Part shown: in pieces, positions 37,160 through 44,262 of the stretch | How the letters are laid out: each line of letters begins with the position of its first letter | Numbering within the stretch: position 1 is the first letter of the stretch | From: Chiloscyllium plagiosum | Lineage: Eukaryota | Assembly: GCF_004010195.1 (NCBI RefSeq) | Contig: NC_057728.1 | Location: forward strand, 44,358,358 to 44,402,619 | Length of the DNA: 44,262 bases | Direction of reading: 5' to 3' | The notes under the pieces: generated by a model | Databases searched by the model: none | The model's input: the letters and a program-made list of their open reading frames with translations, nothing else | Told to the model about the DNA's origin: nothing | Position numbers and translations under genes: made by a program

Positions 37160-37235
37160 AACAAACACAGAGAATGCTGGAGAAATTTAAGCTGGTCTGG
37201 CAGAATTCATGGAGAGAGAAACAGAGATAATATTA
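37160..37235 (-). mobile_element. Penelope-tail fragment (family D)
   Basis: Reverse complement resembles 7675-7743. Confidence 0.45.
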
Positions 37236-37299
37236 AACATCACAGATTTGGAACATTATGTTCAGTTACTTGTTCCTTTTGGTCCTGGAGGAATTTAAA

Positions 37300-37700
37300 A
37301 TCAGGGAAGACTCTGGATGTAGGCACAGTTACAATGTTTAAAAGATATTTAGATAAGTACATGAACAGGAAAGATTTGGAGGGATGTGGGCCAGGAGCAG
37401 GCTGGTGGGACTAATTTAGTTTGGGATTATGTTTGGCATGGATTGATTGGACTGAGGGTCTGTTTCCCTGCTACATGATTTTACCCGAGCATCTTTTGGT
37501 TAGTCATCACCTCTCACTGAATCACTAGAATTAGGCTACACACAACAAGTGGCCCCCTTCTGTTGAGGCTATCAGAGGTAGATAGTTTATTGATAAATAA
37601 TGGATTAAAAACTGTTTGGGGATAGGTGGGAATATGGAGGAACCAGATCAACCATGCCTTTATTGAATGGCAGAACAGGCTTGAGGGGTTTAATTCATGT
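37300..37700 (+). mobile_element. Two CR1 3' tail fragments (37300-37480, 37560-37700)
   Basis: FKRYLDKYMNRK + GGGTCTGTTTCC tail; second fragment ends AGATCAACCATG..ATTGAATGGCAGAACAGGCTTGAGGGG. Confidence 0.7.
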
Positions 37701-38884
37701 CCATGGATGTTAAAAAAAAATAAATTGTCATGCTGAAATCATTGAGATTTGCCTTCAGATGCCAGTGTGCTTTTGTTAGAACCAACAGATTGATTTGGGG
37801 GCAATAAAAAAATGACATACCTGAAAATGGAGTTTCATTGAGTTTGAGTAAATGCAATCCCAAAATCCTAATAGTAGCAAGGGTTTGCAGTTAAAATCAA
37901 ATTTGATGCAATAGGTATTGTGAGAATTCAAGGGGCAATTGATTGTCAACTAAGTTTCTGTAAAAAAAATGGATAACTATGTTCTTGTGGGCTAATCCCT
38001 GTGCCATATATTCAAACAATGTGATGTAAAACTGGCAGAGAGACCTTCTGCTATCAATTTAGAAATCCTAACATTGCCAGTACAACTACTGGGCTGGAGT
38101 CCAATTTAGAAAATAGAAAAAAAGACAAATCATACTTATCATTTCTTTGTTCCAGTTCGAGCCAACTTATTTTGTTTGCGTACTAGCAAAGTTAAGAAAT
38201 ATTACATACGTATTTGCTTCAGTGTTATTGGCAATGCTTGAAAAAACTATTTTTATTTAGCCTGATAAATTATGTACTTTTGTCATGGGTTTTCTGGGGG
38301 ACAGACTTGTTCACTCCATCTGTATGGAATGGGACTGAAAGATCTTGAATTAATTGTTCTTTGTGTTATTCCTGGATTGGTTGGAAATGGGATGAGGAAT
38401 AATTATCTACCAGTCTTGTAACACTGTCCTAATTTGATTTTGGCATGGCTTGAAGTTAGGCTTTGTTCCACATATAATAGCAACAGTTTGTAAGTTTGAA
38501 AGATAAAACGTGCCAGGAATATGTTGAATATTTTCTGGGCATGTTGTAATTATCCTTTCAAGAGATTTGAGACTTTATACATGTCTCTGGATCAAACTGA
38601 AAATCTGTGCTATGACCTTCTTTGTGACGAAGTTTGTATTTGATGTATGTGGCTACTGAAGTATTTCCAAACTGACGGAGAAGTTGATGAGAATTTGTAC
38701 CTGAAATATTGGACTAAACCTTATCTCGCAAAAAAAAGAGAGTTGAGGTCATGTCCAAGGCTGAAATGAAAGATATTTAAACAGACATGTCCATTTTTGA
38801 TTTGATTGGAATGATGAAGTTGTTTAGTCAATTAAATCCTACATTTAGTCTATGTGGCTTTGTTTTAACATCATTCACTTTTTA

Positions 38885-39670
38885 CATATGAACATAATAA
38901 GTTTGAGCAGGAGGCGGCCATTTGGCCTCTCAACTCTGCTCGCCCATTCAATAAGATCATGACTGACCTTAAAACTCCACATTCCTGCCTACTCCCAATA
39001 ATATTTCACCCCCTTGCTGGTCAGGAATCTATCTACTCCTGCTTCGAAAAGAGTTAAAAACTTTGCTTCCACCAACTTCTAAGTAAAGTATGTTGGAAGA
39101 GTCACTACCCTCAGTGAACAAAAAATTCTTCATCATCTTTGTCCTAAGTCACAATGTTTTATTTTTAAAACAGTGGCCCCGATGTCTAGATTCTCCCTGG
39201 GAGGAAACATTCATTTCACATTCACCCTGTCCAGTATCCTCAGGATCGTATCTGCTTCATTCCAATTGCCCCTTACTCTTCTAAACTCTATTAGATAAAA
39301 ACAAGGACTGCAGATGCTGGAAACCAGAGTCTAGATTAGAGTGGTGCTGGAAAACCACAGGAGGTCAAGCAGCATCCGAGGAGCAGGAAAATCAACGTTT
39401 CAGGCAAAAGCCCTTCATCAGGAATAGAGACAGGAAGCCTATTAGATACAAGGTTAACATTTCCAATTTGTCCTTATGAGACAACTCTTCCATTCTAGTC
39501 TTACTCTAGTAAACATTCCCTGTATTTGCATCTTTCCTTAATAAGGAGACCAATACTGTGCACAGTACTCCAGATTTGATCCTCCCAGCACCCTCAATAA
39601 CTGAAGCATAACCCTCCCTACTTTTATACTCATTTCCCACAGAATAAACAATATCACTTTGTTAGCTTAG
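38885..39670 (-). mobile_element. Old CR1 3' fragment containing a Penelope-tail insertion
   Basis: Minus LEYCAQYWSPY and EFRRVRG; CR1 tail near 38890-38960. Confidence 0.8.
39298..39438 (-). mobile_element. 141-bp Penelope-tail insertion (family A) with 10-bp TSD and HHR core at 39394-39421
   Basis: TSD CTATTAGATA at 39288-39297 and 39439-39448; core CTGATGA-A-GGGC-TTTT-GCCT-GAAACGTT. Confidence 0.9.
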
Positions 39671-39724
39671 GCTGCTCACCGTGGTTCCAGAATGTGCTGG
39701 CTTAAAAAAGTATTCCATCAACAT

Positions 39725-39809
39725 TGGGTGGGTTTCTCTTTGGAGGGGTGGTGTGGACTTGTTGGGCCGAAGGGCCTGTTTCCACACTGTAGAGAATTTA
39801 ATCTAATCT
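39725..39809 (+). mobile_element. HE1 SINE 3' fragment
   Basis: GTGGACTTGTTGGGCCGAAGGGCCTGTTTCCACACTGTA + AATCT tail. Confidence 0.85.
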
Positions 39810-39849
39810 CAAAAAAAACATTCTATGAACTCCTCATAGGAGTTCATAA

Positions 39850-40901
39850 TTGGAGTCAATTATAAAGGATGAAATTACGACACATCTGGATAGCAGTAAC
39901 AGGATAGGTCAGAGTCAGCATGGATTTATGAAGGGGAAATCATGCTTGACTAATCTTCTGGAATTTTTTGAGGATGTAACTCTGAAGATGGACAAGGGAG
40001 ATCCAGTGGATGTAGTGTACCTGGACTTTCAGAAAGCCTTTGATAAAGTCCCAATAGGAGGTTAGTGAGCAAAATTAGGGCACATGGTATTAGGGGCAAA
40101 ATACTGACATGGATTGAAAATTGNNNNNNNNNNNNNNNNNNNNNNNNNNNNNNNNNNNNNNNNNNNNNNNNNNNNNNNNNNNNNNNNNNNNNNNNNNNNN
40201 NNNNNNNNNNNNNNNNNNNNNNNNNNNNNNNNNNNNNNNNNNNNNNNNNNNNNNNNNNNNNNNNNNNNNNNNNNNNNNNNNNNNNNNNNNNNNNNNNNNN
40301 NNNNNNNNNNNNNNNNNNNNNNNNNNNNNNNNNNNNNNNNNNNNNNNNNNNNNNNNNNNNNNNNNNNNNNNNNNNNNNNNNNNNNNNNNNNNNNNNNNNN
40401 NNNNNNNNNNNNNNNNNNNNNNNNNNNNNNNNNNNNNNNNNNNNNNNNNNNNNNNNNNNNNNNNNNNNNNNNNNNNNNNNNNNNNNNNNNNNNNNNNNNN
40501 NNNNNNNNNNNNNNNNNNNNNNNNNNNNNNNNNNNNNNNNNNNNNNNNNNNNNNNNNNNNNNNNNNNNNNNNNNNNNNNNNNNNNNNNNNNNNNNNNNNN
40601 NNNNNNNNNNNNNNNNNNNNNNNNNNNNNNNNNNNNNNNNNNNNNNNNNNNNNNNNNNNNNNNNNNNNNNNNNNNNNNNNNNNNNNNNNNNNNNNNNNNC
40701 CCCAGAAGGCAGTGGAGGCCCAGTCTCTGGATTCATTTAAGAAAGAGTTGGATAGAGCTCTCAAGGATAGTGGAATCAAGGGTCATAGAGATAAGGCAGG
40801 AACAGGATACTGATTGAGGATGATCAGCCATGATCATAATGAATGGTGGTGCAGGCTTGAAGGGCAGAATGGCCTACTCCTGCACCTATTGTCTATTGTC
40901 T
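39850..40901 (+). mobile_element. Young CR1 LINE spanning the gap, same subfamily as 20980-21907
   Basis: QHGFMKGKSCLTNLLEFFE..VYLDFQKAFDKVP; 40700-40901 is near-identical to 21708-21908. Confidence 0.92.
40124..40699. other. Assembly gap (576 N)
   Basis: Run of N. Confidence 1.
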
Positions 40902-41079
40902 AGAGATTACATTTACCCATCTGATTTTTCCTATCTATATATGGATTAAAATTATTATTGATTATTACTGTAACTTTCCAACAAGGCCCCAATATTATTT
41001 ACTTGATATTCCATCGTACCAGATGGTTATTGTTACAGAGCACTCCCATCAGCCACTTCTTGTCTTCATCATTTCTCAT

Positions 41080-42287
41080 TTCAGAACAAATCTCCACCCA
41101 AAATAAACAAATCACAAAAAGAAAACTTCACCCACTCCAACACTGTCCCTTGTTCTGGACTTTTCCACTAGCCTTATACCTTAATTCGAACAGTTCATTG
41201 AGAACTATTGATGTGACATCAATTGCCTCAATTTCTCCACACATCCCTCCTCACCATTCTAGCTTATCTTTCATTGAACTATTGTAATCTGTGCTCTGAG
41301 GCCAATCCTGACGATGTAATTAAGCCTGCCAACAATCGTGGTGGTACTGTTGTCTGGCTGATAGACCTCTTTATGGACCAGGTGAGACCACCTCAAAAAA
41401 TTTCAAGGAAGTAGCTTGAACTCTAACTTTGCTAGTTGTTTTAAGCAGGTGTAGAGTGGATATTCTAGGAGTGATGCAGCTGGCCCAACCACTTAGTTTC
41501 AAACAAAACAGAATTTATTTGCGAGTTTATTGAATGAAACACAAATAAAAGAGAACAGAATATAGAATAACTTAACTATTTTAAATACCCCATTGATTCT
41601 ATCACAACTTTATGATGCTGTTCCAAATACTTCCATCAATCCCCATAAACACCTCTTGGCTAAAAAGGTAAAATCAGACACTGGTCTTACAGGAGAGTGA
41701 GAGATTGCAGAGAAATTCAGCATGGAACACCTTCTTCCATGTAGCTGTTTCTTTAACCAACAGCCTCAAAAAACTGATCAGTAGCTCGGAACAGCCAGAC
41801 TGCTAACAGCAAAACAAACCAGAAAAAAAAAACTGAGCTGGGAGAACTGGCCATTCCCCCTTCATTGTACAAGTGTTTTTTTTAAAACCTGAAAGCCTTT
41901 TTCCTGAGGCACTATGTGTTAGATATCATCAAATTGGCCCATCTAAACCAGACACATTGGAACTTCAGTGTTTACAGTCCCTCTGAAAGAAAATCATGGA
42001 CAGAATAACATTGTCAAAGGAGCAGCATTGTCACACCTCTACATTGCCAGTTTTCAGAAACCTCCTCCTATCTCCCCCAGACTATGACCTCACCATTTAG
42101 TATCAAGACATTGTGTCCAAAAGTCAACAACCTTATTTGGGGATCTCCCCTCAGAACAGCCTTCCAGCTCAGAGCACACTCCCCCCCCCCCCCCTCCCCC
42201 AACATACACAACACTCACACACAGTTCTGTCCAGGCGGCTTCTGCATTTTCTCTAAACTCCACAAACCTGACTGCTCTGGAAGAAAT
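41080..42287 (+). mobile_element. Decayed Penelope RT fragment split by a solo LTR
   Basis: NPDDVIKPANNRGGTVVWLIDL|YIA (cf. IKPADKGG..W..DLY) and FSKLHKPDCSGR (cf. PKIHKPDCPGR). Confidence 0.7.
41371..42035. mobile_element. Solo LTR (~665 bp) with 4-5-bp TSD CCTC(T)
   Basis: CCTCT at 41366-41370 and 42036-42040; ends TGTCACA; removing it restores host codons GAC CTC TAC ATT (DLYI). Confidence 0.7.
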
Positions 42288-42680
42288 TAAAAATCATACT
42301 ACACCAGGTTATAGTCCAAAAGGTTTATTTGGGAGTACGAGCCTTCGAGTGTTGTTCCTTTGTCAGATAGTTGGTGGGGCAGGATCATAAGACACAGAGT
42401 TTATAGCATAAGATCATAGTGTCATGCAACTGATATGCTATATTGAGCAAACCTAGATTCCTCTTAAGTGTTTCATCTTTTAGAATGAATTGCAGGTTTC
42501 GATTCATTAATATGTAAATCCCAGAATTTCTTTCAAGTCTCGTTCCCAAGATAACTTAAAGGTTTTATTAAAAAAAGTGACGTCTCAGCTCAGACAATGC
42601 ATTAAAGGTGTAAGATTTTTATATGCATTGTCTGAGCTAAGTTACCTCGGGAATGTGACTTGAAAGAAGTTCTGGGATTT
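42288..42680 (-). mobile_element. Penelope tail (family B) with 5' inversion
   Basis: 42288-42366 matches 23189-23266, with a decayed HHR CTGACAA..CTCGAAGGCT; 42623-42680 is an inverted, internally deleted copy of 42516-42602. Confidence 0.75.
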
Positions 42681-42779
42681 GTAATGGTATAAAAATAATT
42701 TGCACAGTATGCATGTGCTTTGAGAGATAAGGCTTCCCACTCCTGTCATCCTCTCCATTTCTGACGGATATAGGAAATT

Positions 42780-43440
42780 ACAAGGCTTTTCTGACAGTGA
42801 GGAACTGCAGATGTTTTAAGTGTGATAGATTTTGAGAACAATTTGGATTACTAAGAAATTCTGTAACAATTTTGCTTATTGCAAAGACTGAATCCTCACT
42901 TTTTAAGGCAATGAAGAAAAAACTATTCTCCCAGCTGATCTCTTGAGTACTATTATCAATAACTGTGTCTGCTTTATTAAGAATTTTTACCATCTTTTTT
43001 CTTATATGACTATGAATTCGACACAATTTATTGCAATGCTCTACTTAATGCAGAACTTGATCTACAATACTCTGTGACCTCCAGGTCACCTAAAAGCTTT
43101 ACCACTTTTATCACATCCACATAGTGTCTGATTTACCGTTAATCTTTGCCAACCTATTTGATGCCTTCAATTTGGTCTCCCATCCTCTTCAAAGTAAAAT
43201 TCACATCCCTGCTTGCTTTGAAATGTCTTAATGATCTCACCTTTGCCTATCTGCAATAAGCAGAACCACACAAGAAAGCCCAATTGTTCTGTATTTGGTC
43301 TTGTGTGCAAACTTCATTGCCACTCTCCGTCACATTTGCTAGCACATTGGTGACTGTGCCTTCAGTGCAGCCTTGGTCTGACTTTCTAAGATTCTTTCGA
43401 TCAACCTCAATGCCTCTCCATCCACTTCTTTCCCTTGCTT
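42780..43440 (-). mobile_element. Very old CR1-like RT relic
   Basis: LANVT.., KYRTI and YVDVIK pieces on the minus strand. Confidence 0.4.
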
Positions 43441-43441
43441 C

Positions 43442-43532
43442 TGTAGTGATTGGAACCAGGTGGAGCTCATTGACTACATGATCCTTGATTGGGGTTGTTA
43501 ACCTGGGCCAATCAGGAAGCCCTTGTTGACTA
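43442..43532 (+). mobile_element. Probable LTR 5' fragment
   Basis: Starts TGTAGTGA and has inverted CCAAT boxes TGATTGG...CCAATCA; cut off by the Tx1 insertion. Confidence 0.4.
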
Positions 43533-43539
43533 ATTGCCT

Positions 43540-44262
43540 CATGGGTCTTGAGAGGAGCTGACCGGCGGTAGACGTCCAGTACGTGGCCACCGCCATCCGA
43601 CGCCTTAAAACGGCGGTGCTCGGACCCGACGTAGTGCACCAGTTGGAGGACGCTCAGGTGTGCGGTGGGATCCCGTCCGCGCTCACCCCAGCCCGGACGG
43701 AATTTCACATTGGCCCCAAGGTCCTGTACTTCCCGCGGGAGCCTGTGCCCCACAACCTGAGCCGCCTCCGAAATTTTAATTTTGTTTCTTTCAAGGAAGT
43801 GAAAAGAAGAGCCCTGTATAGACTGCTGCTGCACACCGTCCACCTCTTTTCCCTCATCCCCCGTCCGGACACTCCTTGGCGTGCCCATTTGCCACCGGGC
43901 GGTGGGAATCCCCAGTGGAGGGCTCTCTATGCGGGAGTCCTCCCCCTTTCTCTCGGGGATCTGGGGTGGAGGGTGCTGCACGCAGCAGTCCCCTGCAACT
44001 GCAGATTGCGGTGGTTCACGGACTCCCAGCCCAATTGCTTTTCTGTGGCGCTGTGGAGTCCGTGGACCACGTGTATATTGGGTGTGGGCGTTTGCACTCC
44101 CTTTTTGATTTTCTGAAAAACCTTCTCCTCTGTTTTTGGCTGCACTTGTGGCGCTGTGGAGTCCGTGGACCACGTGTATATTGGGTGTGGGCGTTTGCAC
44201 TCCTCTGTTTCTGGCTGCACTTCAGTCCCACGCTCCTGATCTTTGGGCACCCGGTACAGAGG
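43540..44262 (+). mobile_element. Tx1-clade non-LTR retrotransposon ORF2 C-terminal (zf-RVT) region, 5'-truncated, runs off the window end
   Basis: PQWRALY..GDLGWRVLHAAVPCN..C(x)CGAVESVDHVYIGC..FSPTLLIFG; GC- and CpG-rich; frameshift just before the CCHC knuckle. Confidence 0.85.
44044..44222 (+). repeat. 103-bp tandem duplication inside Tx1; second copy lacks 28 bp
   Basis: 44044-44100 = 44147-44203; 44129-44147 recurs at 44204-44222. Confidence 0.92.

Noticed and set aside
40062..40817. ORFs of 208-250 aa
   Set aside because: Artefacts of translating through the N gap.
43247..44200. 317-aa minus-strand ORF, the longest in the track
   Set aside because: It is antisense to GC-rich Tx1 ORF2, runs across unrelated repeats and has no recognisable domain.
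1..44262. Host protein-coding exons, CRISPR arrays or prokaryotic systems
   Set aside because: No repeat-spacer array or operon structure, and no ORF with a recognisable host domain. Small exons in the AT-rich unassigned stretches (e.g. 28100-29400, 37700-38880) cannot be excluded without RNA-seq.

Overview
Repeat-dominated eukaryotic DNA, almost certainly from a cartilaginous fish (shark): it carries HE1-type V-SINEs, Deu-domain SINE relics and many CR1/HER1 LINE pieces. I found no convincing host-gene exon, tRNA/rRNA gene or CRISPR array. The ORF-track entries I could assign are TE fragments; the rest look like chance or N-gap ORFs. Main content: (1) a full-length decayed L1 (12248-17899, minus) with an 11-bp TSD at a TT/AAAA site and a 5' YY1-type motif, inserted in a decayed Gypsy pol whose 3' 1.2 kb is tandemly duplicated; (2) a Penelope-like element (PLE; RT + GIY-YIG) with an inverted terminal repeat; (3) RTE, L2 and Tx1 fragments, a solo LTR and a Harbinger-type Myb/SANT relic; (4) a 576-N gap. 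The most interesting signal is about ten minimal hammerhead-ribozyme (HHR) cores from at least four PLE-tail families. Several sit in 90-210-bp non-coding insertions with 10-15-bp TSDs whose 5' break or inversion points fall at the CUGANGA box. Family names come from motif recognition, and mismatch counts are by eye.
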